Source: Bacteroidota bacterium (GTDB taxonomy: Bacteria > Bacteroidota > Bacteroidia > AKYH767-A > OLB10). From it: a stretch of DNA of 64,000 bases. Below the pieces are notes generated by a model. The model was not told the origin of the DNA. It made no database searches and saw only the letters and a list, made by a program, of their open reading frames with translations. Within the stretch, counting starts at the first letter, position 1; each line of letters begins with the position of its first letter. Where the stretch lies: NCBI GenBank assembly GCA_016699635.1, contig CP064983.1, positions 1,980,048-2,044,047 of the forward strand, written 5' to 3'. This document shows positions 42,217 to 55,273 of this stretch, piece by piece. The position numbers and the translations under genes were made by a program.

Positions 42217-45200
42217 ATGATGGCTTCTACCGGAAATAAACAGAATACAGACACCGCTGGCATTGATTCGGAAGTATTGTATAACCGCATACTGTTTGCA
42301 GTTATAGCATTGTGTTATTTGCTGTTCGGTATTTTTTTTAGTGAAAAAGTTATTGATGTGCTGCTACCCCTGACATGGATGGCACTTGTTCCTTTAGCAT
42401 TGCTTGCAGTCAGTTTTTTTCTTCCTGTTGCGAAAAAGTATTCGGGAGAACAACTTTCCGGAATGTTTTTATTACTTACTATTCACCTGATGTTTTTTCT
42501 TTTCAGGAATAAGTTTTCAGGTCATCCTGAATTTTTACTAGTAACTGTCATTTTATTTTCTAACCTGCATATCCGCAACGTCATTTATCTTTTGCTGTAC
42601 AATGTAATTGTGCTTGGTTCATTAGAATATATTCTCATTTCGGGCACTTCAGGAAGTTCTGATCCGGTAAGACTATTTTTTATTATTGTTATTGCAATGG
42701 TGTTGAGTTTTCTTTATCAATGGTTTAGCCTTCGCAGACAGGGAATGAGTAAGGACGGTGAAAAATCCTTAGAAAATAATCTTGAGAAACTTCCTTTTGC
42801 AGCAATGATTTTCGGTAGAGATAATTTGGGATTATTGTATTGCAATCGCGAAGCACAGAATTTACTCGGTATAGATTCACAAGCCGAAATGGATATTCGT
42901 ACTGTTTTTAAATTAGATGACTTTTCTGACACAGAACTTTTTGCAAAGTCAAAAGCAGGAAACTTTAATGGGATAATGGCAGAAACTTTTCAGCAATTGA
43001 AAGTTTTGTTAACCATCAGACAAAATGAAAAGGAAGAGTTGTTGGTATTTGCTGAACGCGAAAAGAAAACAGAAAAAGAATCCATTTCACTTCCCGGACA
43101 ATATTTTGTTACAACAACCGATGGGAAAATTATTGACCTGAGTAAAGAAGCAGAAGATTTTATTACCGTTGACATTGGTGTACTTCAACATTTGTTTCAG
43201 AATTTTATTCTTGAGAATAAGCCGCTACATAATTTTTCGGTGCTGAAAATTAATGAGCAGGATCCTTTTGCATTGCAAATGCAGACAGGAACGTTAGATG
43301 ATATTCCGGTTTATTATTGGACACCAATTAAAAACTTGCAGCCTGTTGAGTCAGTTAGCTCTGAAGTAATATTGCCCGATGACGGATGGAGTCAATTAGT
43401 AATTGATTCAGGAAATGAGTTAATTTCTTTCAGCCCTTCATTTATCAGTACAGTTGGTTATGATGAAATGGAACTTGGGCGTATTCCTGTAGTTCAACTC
43501 ATTCATCCTGCCGATACTTTGCGATGGCAACAACTGATTACAGAATGCCGCAAAAAAGAGAGAGCAAATGCTACTGTTAGATTTATACATAAGGATGGTA
43601 AAGTTCATTTTCTTAAATCTTTCTTCAGTAGTAATGGTAAAGATGAGGTGAGAATTTATGCAGAAGATATTACTGAATCAATCCTGTTGCAACAAGAGTT
43701 AACAAATGCACGTGCCAATGTGAGCGCTGTTATTGAGAATACCAAGGATTTGATTCTTTCAACAGACATGAATCATCTAATCACAGTAATCAATCATTCT
43801 TGTCAGCATTATTTAAATGCTGTAATGGGAAAGATGTTGAATGTTGGCGATGATTTTCGTGCTGCAATGAAAGAGGAAGATCAAATGCAATGGTCGCATC
43901 GTCATAGTGATGTTATGAGGGAAAAAGGGTAACTTACAATGACGAAATTAGCCATAACGGAACTGAGAGTTATTTTGAATTTTCGTTACAACCGGTTGTT
44001 GACGAAAATGGCATTGTTACAGGAGTTTCTTTGTTTGGTCGTGATGTTACACAAAGAGTTCATTTTGAAAATGAATTGGTGAAAGCTAAAGAAACTGCTG
44101 AAACAGCCACTGCTGCCAAATCTCAGTTTCTTGCCACAATGAGTCACGAAATCCGTACACCGCTTAATGGCATCGTTGGAATGCTTGAGTTACTTCGCAT
44201 GACAACACTTAATGACAAACAAAGAGAGTATGTGAGTACATTGCAACTGAGCAGTGAGAATATGCTTAGTATTATCAATGATGTTCTCGATTTTTCTAAG
44301 ATTGAGTCAGATAAGATGGAACTCGAATATGAGCCATTTGAACTGAAGAAAGTTATTGAAGAGACGTTTGATTTACTCTATTATCGCGCACTGGGTAAGA
44401 GACTTGAATTATTCTATAATATTGAAAACACCATACCTGCTTATGTCATGGGTGACAGTATGCGTTTAAAACAAGTGCTGGTTAATTTGGTAGGTAATGC
44501 CATAAAGTTTACAGAGAAAGGACATATTCTCATTACGGCACAACTTATTCCTTCTGTATCAGAAAAACTTAACATCAAGTTTTCTGTAAAAGACACCGGT
44601 GCCGGCATTAGCGAAGAACAAAGACAAAGATTATTTCAGTCATTTCAACAGGCAGATACTTCAACTTACAGAAAGTTTGGTGGTACCGGACTTGGTCTCA
44701 CTATCAGTGCCAAGTTAGTTGCTTTAATGGGCGGCACTATTGAGTTGATGAGTGAACCCGGTGCCGGTTCAGAATTTTATTTTACAGTTATTACGCAGCC
44801 CGCACCAATAGCTGCTGCACGTAATGTCCGTTCTAACCTCAGGATTTTAAGAGGTAAAAAGATTTTGATTTTTTCGACCAACTCCGATTTTGATTTGCAT
44901 CTGAGCGATTTGTTTAATGACTGGCATATATTACATCAGTCTGTTACCCTGCTGGAACAAGCAAAGAAAGAGCTTTCTCCTGATGCAAACTACGATGCCT
45001 TAATTCTTGATGCACAAATGCAGGATTACCTACTTTTTGCAGAAGAATTAAAAGAACAAATACGATCTTCAAACATTCCTGTATTTGCATTCAATGCAAG
45101 ATTTTCAGGAGGTGATATTATTTATGGTAATAAACTTTTTGAAGCTGTACTGCCTTCAGGAGTTGATGCAATAAAAATTTCTTCAGTATTAACAAAGTCG

Positions 45201-46016
45201 TTTATTGACAGTGCAACATCATTTGCCAGGGGTGATGATGCTGTTCCTGTTTTCGATAGTCAGGTGTCATTAAAATATCCGATGCAAATTCTGATAGCAG
45301 AAGATAATCCAATCAATCAAACGCTTGCAGTTACAGTGTTGGAAAAATTGGGTTACAAACCTGATGTTGTAGAGAATGGTAAATTAGTGATTGAAAAAGT
45401 TGCTACCAAGCAATATGATTTAATTTTTATGGATGTGCAGATGCCTGAAATGGATGGTATGGAAGCAACGACAGCATTGCGTAAGTTAAATAACAACAGC
45501 ATTATTATTGCCATGACAGCTTTTGCATTGGAAGATGATAAAAAGCAATGTCTTGATGCAGGCATGAATGATTACACGACTAAGCCAATCAGAATTGAAG
45601 TTGTACAATCATTATTGGAAAAGTGGGGTGACGTGATTTTAAAAAGTAAGGCTGCACGAAATGATGAGCCTTTAATTGACAAACAAACCATTGAAAGACT
45701 TAAGGCAATGGCCGTAGGAGATGATACTTCTTTTGTAAAAAATATATTTGAACTTTTTCTTAAACAGATGGATAACTTACATGCTGATATGAGTAAATTT
45801 TTCAATGAGCATGATGCCGATGGTATGTATAAAGCTTCGCATAAATTAAAAGGAAGCGCTCTCAATATTGGTGCAAAAAGGTTATCTGAAGTTTGCCGAA
45901 TTATTGAAGAAAAAGGAAAACTTGGCGACCTTACCGGAATGAACGAATTGATTCAGCAGTTGGCAGAGGTTATTTCATTAACAAAGAATGAAATCAGGAG
46001 TTTAAGTTTGGCTTGA
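42217..46016 (+). CDS. Membrane hybrid sensor kinase: TM-PAS-HisKA-HATPase-REC-REC-HPt (frameshift ~43920-43930)
   Basis: FLATMSHEIRTPLNG, LVNLVGNAIKFT, DTGAGI, GGTGLGL, ILIAEDN…FMDVQMPEMDG…KP, HKLKGSALNIGA; shifted frame …RVTYNDEI… links the two ORFs. Confidence 0.9.
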
Positions 46017-46103
46017 TTTTTAAACTTTTTGTTGATGTAACCAAGGATACAAAAGCCCTTCTTTCATTTTCGTACCTTTGCACATTATTAAATTAATTAA
46101 GGT

Positions 46104-47738
46104 ATGACAAACGCAGTTTATAATATTCCTCCAGTTATAATGAACCGGTGTTAAATTATGCACCTGGAAGTCCGGAGAAAATGGCATTAAAGGCAGCACT
46201 TGCAGAAGCCCGTTCCAAACAAATGGATATACCCATGTATATTGATGGGCAAGAGGTACGAACAGGAAATACTTCAGCGCTTCGCCCTCCGCACGATCAT
46301 CAACATATTCTGGGCATGTTTCATAAAGGAGAAAAGAAGCATGTGCAGTTAGCGATTGATGCAGCACTTAGGGGCTAAAAAGCAATGGGCAGAAATGCCT
46401 TGGGAACAACGTGCAGCAATTTTTCTAAAAGCAGCTGACTTACTTGCAGGCCCTTATCGCTATAAGATGAATGCTGCTACCATGCTTGGACAATCAAAAA
46501 ATGCTTATCAGGCAGAAATTGATTCAGCATGTGAGATGATTGACTTTTTGCGTTTCAACGTACAATATATGCGTGAAATTTATACACAACAACCACCTGT
46601 AGTAGGTAAGGGTGTATGGAACCGTACTGAACAGCGTCCACTCGAAGGATTTGTTTTTGCTTTAACGCCATTCAATTTCACAGCCATTTCAGGTAATTTG
46701 CCTACAGCACCGGCAATGATGGGTAACACTGTTGTTTGGAAACCTGCCAATACACAAATTTATGCAGCGAATGTGGTAATGCAATTGTTGATTGAAGCCG
46801 GTTTACCTGCAGGAGTAATCAATCTTGTTTATGTTTCAGGCCCCGATGCAGGTGATGTTATTTTTAAACATGCTGATTTTGGTGGAATTCATTTTACAGG
46901 ATCAACAGAAGTTTTTAAGGGAATCTGGAAAACTATCGGAGAAAATATGCCTTTGTACAAGTCATATCCCCGAATTGTTGGCGAAACAGGAGGGAAAGAT
47001 TTTATTATAGCGCACAAGAGTGCAGATATTGATGTATTAGTGACTGCATTGGCACGTGGAGCTTTTGAATATCAAGGTCAGAAATGCAGTGCTGCATCAC
47101 GTTGTTATATTCCGAAGTCAATTTTTGAAGAGGTCAAAAGCAAGCTGGTTAAAGAAGTAAAGTCAATGAAACTTGGACCGGTTGAAGATTTCCGCAACTT
47201 CGTAAATGCCGTTATAGACGAAAAATCATTCGATAAAATTTCTGCTTACATTGAAAATGCAAAGAAGAGTAAGAGTGCAGAGATTATTGCAGGTGGAAAC
47301 TTTGATAAGAGCAAAGGATATTTTATCGAGCCAACCATTATCCTTACATCCGATGCAAAATATACAACCATGTGTGAAGAAATTTTCGGCCCCGTGTTGA
47401 CTATGTATGTTTATGAGGATGATAAGTTTGAAGAGACTTTGCATTTAGTTGACAACACCAGCGAGTATGCTCTAACAGGAGCAATTATTTCTCAAGACCG
47501 ATATGCAGTTGATGTTGCAACACGAGCATTGGTAAATTCTGCAGGTAACTTTTATATTAATGATAAATGTACAGGTGCTGTTGTTGGCCAACAGCCATTT
47601 GGTGGTGCCAGAGGTTCAGGAACTAATGACAAGGCAGGTGCTATGGTAAATTTGTTGCGGTGGGTATCACCACGAACGATAAAAGAAACTTTTGTTCCGG
47701 CAAAAGATTACCGATATCCTTTTATGGAAGCGGAATAA
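46104..47738 (+). CDS. pruA: L-glutamate gamma-semialdehyde (P5C) dehydrogenase (frameshifts ~46135 and ~46372)
   Basis: MTNAVYNIPPV..NEPVLNYAPGS, PFNFTAI, WKP, FTGST, ETGGK, FEYQGQKCSA, EEIFGP; TACCTTTG at 46073-46080. Confidence 0.93.
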
Positions 47739-47742
47739 AAAT

Positions 47743-48283
47743 TTATTTAGACACGGAAGTAGTAGATTCGTCAAGGGAAATTCTTCCTCCTTTTGGCGAA
47801 TCTTTTTTTATAGTCAGGTTCATTAAGGTCACTTACAATAACACCACTTGATGTGCTGGAGTGTACAAATTTGTCCTGACCCAAATACATACCTACATGT
47901 GAAATTCTTCGTCCACGGGTTTTAAAAAATACCAAATCACCCGGAGTTAAATTTTTAAGCGAAACATGTGGCAGATTGTTATACATGTCAACAGAGCTGC
48001 AACCGAATGAACTGCCATAAACAGCTTTGATGATAACGTTAACAAATCCGGAACAGTCAATTCCATTTTCGTTTTTGCCGGCATATTTATATGGAGTATT
48101 CAGCCAAGTGTCTATAAGATCAAAAACCTTTGTGTTAAATACTTCCTTAACCTGATAGCCCAAAATCTGACTGTAGTAATTTCGCAGGTTGTCTTCAACA
48201 ATATTTTCAGATTGCTGCGCTTTGGCACTTTGTCCAAAATACAACAATGTAAAAATCATTAAACCTATTGTGCGAAACTTCAT
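47743..48283 (-). CDS. NlpC/P60 (C40) peptidase (probable +1 error near 3' end)
   Basis: TPYKYAG…GIDCSGF, GDLVFF, HVGMYLG..FVHSS; TATCTTTG promoter at 48288-48295. Confidence 0.9.
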
Positions 48284-48397
48284 TGGGCAAAGATAACATT
48301 TTAATGAACGCATTCTTTTAGCAGGTATTGTCTAAGATGAAAAAGAGCCGTCATCAATCTGATAACGGCTCTTAACACTTATGATAATAAAAACCAA

Positions 48398-51300
48398 TTA
48401 TTCAAGAATAACTTTTTTCATCACAGTTTTTCCATCAAAAACTAATTGAATCATATAAACACCTCTTGCATAATTGCTCACATCAACTTTACCGTTGTTT
48501 AGTCCTTCGTTAAATTGATAGCTTTCTTTATTTAATGTGCGTCCTGACAAATCTAACAGCGTTAATGTTGCTGTGTTCTTTTCAGATGCAGTCACATTAA
48601 ATGTTACAAATGAAGTTGCAGGATTAGGGAAGAAAGTAACGCTTGCATCATCCGATTCAATACGAAGTGGTTGTTCTTCTAACTCTGACGGCATTTGTGT
48701 AGTTAATGGAGTAATATTTAAACCTTCATTACTATTACCTTCGCCCATTCTTGCTGCGGGAGTTGTAAACTGATTGTAAGCACTCCATGAAGAGTATGTG
48801 CTGCCACACAATCCACGTACGGACCAACGATAAGGAGTTGATGGTGATGCTCCAATGGTAATTGAGTTTACACCACTTGATAATGCATTAGAATAATAAA
48901 CATATCCGGTATTCAGATTTTCAACTTTAATGTAATAGTTATTTGCAGAAGTCAGATTCCAGTTTATCTCTGCAGACGTTGGTCTGAGGTTTGTTACATG
49001 TAAATTTCCGGGTGTTGGGCAAGAAGAACCACAATTGTTAACTACAACAGCAGTAGCTGATGATGATTTAGTACAACCATTACTTCCTGTTACGGTAACA
49101 ATATAATTGCCGGCAGTAGATGCAGAAATAGATTGTGATGTAGAGCCATTACTCCAAAGGTAATTAGCACCATTGCTTGAGGTTAACGTAACACTTGATC
49201 CCTGACAGATTGTGGTGCTGCCACTTGCGGTAATAGTTGCTGAAGGTGCAGGCATTACATTGACATTTACAACTGATGATGTTCCTACATAACCTGTTGT
49301 AAATTGTGTTACCGTTACAGCATAACTTCCGGCTGTGGTAACTGTAATTTTACGCGTTGTTGCCCCTGTACTCCATAAATAAGAGGAACCTTTAGTTGCT
49401 GTTAATTTTACGTTACCACCGGAACAAAAGCTCAATGAACCGCTGACAGTTATTGTAGGTTGAAACGATGAATTTACTGTTACAGTCATGGGTGCTGATG
49501 TATTACTACAACCATTGCTGTTTGTTACTTTAACTGTATAATTTCCTGCTGTTGAAACAGTGATTGATTGTGTTGTTGCACCTGTACTCCATAGATAACT
49601 TCCACCACTACCGGCACTTGAGGCGGTAAGTTGAACACTTCCACCTTGCTGTAAGTTTGTTGAACCATTTGCTGTAATTGTTGCAGTTGGCAAGGCATAA
49701 ACAGTTACTACTTTATTTGTTGTTGACTGACAACCATTGTTTGTAATCGTTACTGTATATGTACCCGGAGATGACGTAGTAATTGCATTAGAAGTTGCAC
49801 CTGTACTCCACATATATGAAGTTCCTGTGCTTGCTGTTAACGTTACACTACCTCCACTACAGAACGAAGTACTTCCTGATGCTGTAATAGTTGCCTGAGT
49901 AGGTGTTGTTACTATTACATTAACTGCTGCTGCTGTTGCGGAACCTCCTGCTGTTGTTGCTGTACATGTATAACTTCCTGCTGTGGTAACAGTAATAGAT
50001 TGTGTTGTTGCACCATTACTCCACAGATATGAATTTGCTGCACTGCAAGTTAATACTACGCTTCCACCCTGACAGAAAGTTGTTGGTCCGTTAGCTGTAA
50101 TTTTTGGTGTTGGTGCTGTAGAAGTTACAGTAACTGATAATGGTGATGATGTTGCAGAACAACCACTGTTGTTAGTAACAGTTACAACATAGTTTCCGGT
50201 TGTGCTAACTGTAACTGCTTGTGTTGTCATACCACCCGGTGACCATTTGTAACTTCCACCGGTACCTGCTGAAGAAGAAGTTAATGTAACACTTCCACCG
50301 GCAGCAAAAGTAGTTGGACCACTTGGTGAAATTGTGGCAGTAGGAACTGGCTTAACTGTTACTGCTGTTGATGCAGACATTGCAGAACAACCATTAGAGT
50401 TTGTTACTATAACATTGTAGTTTCCGCCTCCAATAGCTGTAATTGACTGTGTAGTTGCACCACTGCTCCACAAATATGTTGAGCCGCTGCTTGCAGTGAG
50501 AGTAACACTTCCGCCAACACAAAAAGAAGTTGAGCCATTTGCAGTGATTGTTGCATTTGGTTGTGCATAAACTGTCACTGTAACAGGTGCTGATGTTGCT
50601 GTTCCTGCAGCAGTTGTAACAGTAACAACATACGAACCTGCACTGGTTACATTAATATATGGATCTGTTGAACCATTGCTCCATAGATAAGAGAGACCAT
50701 TACTGGCAATAAGATTTACATTTCCTCCTGCACAGAACGCAACAGGTCCGCTTGCACTGATTGTTGGCACTGCAACACCTGAACAGGGTGCAGGGCTTGT
50801 ATAAATAGCATTGCTGCTGGTTGACAAATGAATCTGGTCAATCTCAAGATTAGTATTGGTTGGTGTAATTTTTAAAATGTGATCTGCTAATGATGTTACA
50901 GAGGTGAATGAAATTACTGCGCCTGAGTCTACATCATATTTATACCATTGCCAATTAGCATCTGTAATACAACCAATTTGTTTGCTGTTGCTACCATCTA
51001 AGGAAATTGTCATTCCTGTAGTTTGTGAGTTTTTAGAACGTGCTCTAACCCAAACATAATACGTATAGTCTGTTGTAGATCTTGGCTGGAAGTTGTAAGT
51101 TAAATCACTTACAGAATTAAAACCTACAGCAGTGGTGAAATCTGTAAAGTCGCCTGCTGCTGCTCCTGCAGGACGGGTTGTTTTCAGATATACATTACTG
51201 TTGCTGTTGTCATTTAACTCTGCTTCAAATTTAAAATCTTTTGACCAATAATATGGATAAGTATTTTCATGCCATCCATCTAACTGATAGAATATTGGTG

Positions 51301-53626
51301 CAGAAGTGTTGGTGTTATCATAAATATATGTACTACCTTGTCTTCTGATTTTAAATTTAATTCTACTGCCATCTAAATTAATTTGTGCAACAGCTTCATC
51401 AGGTGCAGCACCTGCCATATTAGACATTGGTTGTGATGAACCTGTGATGGCATATTTATTTTGTGAATTGTGTTTACGTACAACAACTAATTTTCCGGGG
51501 TCGCCAGTGTTGAAAGAGTAAGCCATGTAAGTTGGACTTGTTGTACTGTTAGGCACATCGCCCGACATCAGATATCCGTTTCTGAATAAGTCCTCGTAAC
51601 GGCTTGTGATTGCTTGTGCATAAGGAGGAATAACCAATTGCCAGATATAATTTTTTGGATTCTGATAAGGTTGAGACGTTACGAAATAACCTGTTGTGAA
51701 AAATTCTGCACCTGTCATTGAAACAGCTTTAAGAAAGCCTAACCATTGTGCAGGACGAACGTTTTGTGTTTCGTCATTGTCCCATCCCGGTGAAACAGCA
51801 GGTGAAAAATATTTGTCTCCCGCTAATAATTGCTCTCTTCTTGATTCAACAACCCATTGTCATCCTTTCCATGCACCACTCCAATAGCGCCAGTTAGATG
51901 GCCAACGCATATAAATATCACCGGTTGCATAGTGTGAACCATTCATGGCTGTATTCACTGTGCGTACTTCAGACCATTTCAGATTCCATGTCGGCTGACC
52001 GTCTAACTGATAATAAGCAAATTTTGTATTCGATAAACCGCTTAAGCCCATGAACTGATCGCGATAAGCATTTATTTTTGTTGCTGCTCTGCGACCTTCA
52101 TAAGTGAACCAATCAAGCCCTGATGAATTTTTATCTGAAACAACACTTGGATCAGATTGCATAACGTTGGTGTAATATAAAAAAGGAACGACTTCACCAT
52201 TATCTAATATATAATCTATAGGTCTGCTCAATTTTGCAAGTAATTGTTGCATGTAAAATTTCTGAGTAAGTCCATCTTTTACCAATGAGTCCGGTGCACC
52301 TGCAGGACTCAGATATTTTGTAGAGCCTGTTCCTCCATTAGGATTCAGATATTGTCCGGAACTATTTTTTAAATAATACTTATCGGGTAAACATCCACAA
52401 GTTGCATAAGGACTATTGCTTTTATAACCTGCATCTGTCGGGCGCAATTGTGGCCAATATGATAATGCAGATACTTTATATTGTGGATAGCTGTTTGCTA
52501 GATTAATCCATGCATGTGAAAAAGTAGTTGAGTTTGAGTAATCACTATAGGCACCGGTATTTTCGGCAGCCATAATGGTGTAGTTAAAGTTTTTTGCAAA
52601 ATCTGTCTGCAGTGTAACACTGTTTGCTACAGCTTTTGAATAAACAGTTTCATAAGTCTGATATCCTGAAAGATAATAGTAGCCTACAAACGGATTGTTT
52701 GGAAATAATGTATGTCCTGGCTTATATCTTGGTGTTGGAAAGTTTTTCAATTGCTCAATTGGAGTAAGAGATGGCGATGGATGTCCGGGTGCAAAATCAT
52801 TGATGTTGATTCCTGCAGTTACCGGACTTGGCGAAGGTGCAACAACCGTTGGGTTTGCAAATGAATAGTGTTTGCCCGCCATAAAATTCAAATAGTGAGC
52901 ATAAATAGAATTGCCACCAAGTGAGTTGTGGTAAACTGCAATCTCATCAATTGCACCCTGCAACTTATAGTAATCCGATTGTGAGTTCAACATGTAATCT
53001 CTGTTGCCACTCTGTGAGAAACTACCACCTGCTATGGTTTTTGAAAATCCTGCAGGTAATTGTCCGTCAACCCAAACCTCTTTAATACCGGCTTTAGCAT
53101 TATACTTAAATACAATATGATGCCAGTTGTCATCAACATAATAACTGTATGATGCACGGCCAATGCCGTTAAGATCAATTTCAAAATCATCATAAATTGG
53201 TGAGCCATTAGCAGCTTTTACTTCTGTCATGAAGTTAATTGCCGGATAGGTCATGCGCAATTCAAGTGCGCCATCCATTCTCTTGGCAAATACTGTTGTG
53301 CCAAAGTTCATGCCCGGTTTAAAAATAAACTCAAATGTTATGGCAGAATCAATGGCAAGTACACCACCTCTGATGATGGTACTGCTTGAGTCCAATTTCA
53401 TATACTTGCCAACACCACCTGAAGTATTGGTAAGTATTTGATAACTTGACTGATAATAGTTCGGATCAAGATTAAAATTGCCCATCGAATCTTTCATTGG
53501 CGAGGAGCCTTCGAAAGTATAATACGACTTTGGCTGATAATTTTGAGCAACCAAACAAGTTGGTACTGCTAACAAGAACACTGCAACAATGCTCCTTGTA
53601 ATTGAGATTAAATTTGATTTAATCAT
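48398..53626 (-). CDS. ~1742-aa T9SS cargo: LamG, glycoside-hydrolase-like domain, CBM-like domain, 8 Ig-like repeats, FN3, CTD; interrupted by a single in-frame TGA at 51860-51862
   Basis: ORFs 51860-53626 and 48398-51718 are in the same frame, with 47 open codons between the TGA and the second ATG. LamG (WHHIVFKY…VWVDG…IDEIAVY); repeats TITA.G.T.FC.GGSVTL…YLWS.G; FPNP…LDLSGR…GVYM CTD. Confidence 0.85.
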
Positions 53627-53892
53627 GTGAAATGGTAATTAGAAATTAAACATAATAAGCCCCCTGCGATTAACCGAAGTTTTTTCGCATTAATAAATTT
53701 TGTTGTTAAACGGAATAGAAGAATTGGTTAACGCGTCCAAAAATAAATCGAATTTTCACCCAAAAAAGACCTTTTCGACTTCAGTACGTTAAAATGATGA
53801 TAATCAGCGCATAGTGTTATTAACACCTGTTAATAACTCAACCTTCGCCATCAAAAAATGACTTTCACCCAAAAAAAGCGAACTTTCGCCCA

Positions 53893-54630
53893 TTAAAATT
53901 TGGTAAAAATTCCGGCTGAAAATTGAAAAACATCAACAGGTTGTGAGTAAGCACCGGTTGACCTTTTTTCTCCGTTTTCGGAATAAATTAAATACACATC
54001 ATCGTAGTTAAATTCTGTACGGAAATAGTCGCCAGCAAACATAACTCCAACGTTTTTATGAAAAGAGTATTTTACTTCAAAGCCTAAGTTGAGTGCTATA
54101 TCTATAACAGAAGAAGCATTTTCTGTAACCTGTAATGTTTTTACACCATCAAAAGATTGATATATACGCTTAGAATATTTGCCATTAGCAAAACCAAGCA
54201 TCCCTCTTAATGTGGCATCTGTTTGTTCGTTAAAATTTAATGTCGTGCCAAGTCCTAAAAGCAAACTGTTGACTTTCCATGGATAAGTAGTTGTCTTGTA
54301 TCGTGGTCCCGAAGGGTTTGTTTCAACAAGACTGTTCAGCAATGTTTTTGCATCAGAAGGGTTGTAGAACCACACATAATCGGCAGCAATATATAGTTTG
54401 CTGTTTGGGTGGTAAGAAGTTCGCAGTCGCGAGGTAGCGCCAAGCATGGCATAGCCGGATTTAAAGTTCTCATCTAACTTGTCGGCAAAATCACTCAATG
54501 GAATGTTTATGCCTGCTGTTAGACCTATCTGCCAGCGTGATGTTTCTTCTTCAGTATCCTGTGCCGAGGCTGTTGACGATAAAAGAGGAATAAAAAAAGT
54601 AAGCCATAATAATTTTGCGATATGCTTCAT
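53893..54630 (-). CDS. Outer-membrane beta-barrel (8-stranded-like) protein
   Basis: Signal peptide, GLTAGINIPLSDF, alternating strands, terminal GIFTKF. Confidence 0.75.
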   Translation of the reverse strand: MKHIAKLLWLTFFIPLLSSTASAQDTEEETSRWQIGLTAGINIPLSDFADKLDENFKSGYAMLGATSRLRTSYHPNSKLYIAADYVWFYNPSDAKTLLNSLVETNPSGPRYKTTTYPWKVNSLLLGLGTTLNFNEQTDATLRGMLGFANGKYSKRIYQSFDGVKTLQVTENASSVIDIALNLGFEVKYSFHKNVGVMFAGDYFRTEFNYDDVYLIYSENGEKRSTGAYSQPVDVFQFSAGIFTKF

Positions 54631-54826
54631 GTAGCCCGAAAGTTTGCCCTAAAGTAGCAACTTTACAGGAATCACAAACCAAGCAAGGCAATTTTAGTTT
54701 TCAGCTTATGTATTTGCGAAACTACTATTCCCTTTTTGTCGAAGTGCCTGATGAGATATTTTAGTAGTATGATTGACAATGTTCTTTGTTTTTATAGTGA
54801 AACATTATGATCTGCCTTCTTTGATA

Positions 54827-55273
54827 TTACATAATAAGGTTTACGGTTCCCTTCTTAGTCAATATTCTGCCGTTTATAGCTTTTGCCTGTATTTTATATA
54901 CATAGCTTCCCTGTTGGGCTATCTGGCCTTTATACATACCATCCCAGCGCTTGCTGATGTCATTAGATTCAAAAATCATGGCTCCCCAGCGGTCATAAAC
55001 CTGCATGGTAAAGTCTTTAACACCTTCGCTATAAGCACCAAATGTTTCGTTTATACCATCGCCATTAGGAGTAAAGGAGTTAGGCACATAAATAGCCATA
55101 TTAGGTGTCACCGTAGTTTCGTTAGACATACTGGTGATTTCATTGGCTCCCTGCTTGTAGGCAATGACCCTGTACTTGCGCTCTGCAATGTTGCTTTGTG
55201 CATTTACAAAGGTGGATTTACACACACCCAACACACACATAGACATTAAGGCAATTTCTGCAATTCTTTTCAT
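54827..55273 (-). CDS. Small protein consisting mostly of a T9SS type-B (gliding-motility-associated, CHU_C-like) CTD
   Basis: IYVPNSFTPNGDGINETF…QVYDRWG…WDG…GSYVY…KGTVNL; start MKRIAE. Confidence 0.85.
   Translation of the reverse strand: MKRIAEIALMSMCVLGVCKSTFVNAQSNIAERKYRVIAYKQGANEITSMSNETTVTPNMAIYVPNSFTPNGDGINETFGAYSEGVKDFTMQVYDRWGAMIFESNDISKRWDGMYKGQIAQQGSYVYKIQAKAINGRILTKKGTVNLIM

Noticed and set aside
17689-48313. Longer N-termini in the ORF track (e.g. 17689, 21380, 42158, 48313)
   Set aside because: These extensions run through TAnnTTTG promoter elements, so the downstream ATGs are preferred.
51860-51862. TGA-to-Trp genetic code or selenocysteine
   Set aside because: TGA serves as a normal stop in many genes here (e.g. 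ribD, lpxC-fabZ, gene ending 15955); the context predicts Trp, not Cys, and it is a single instance.
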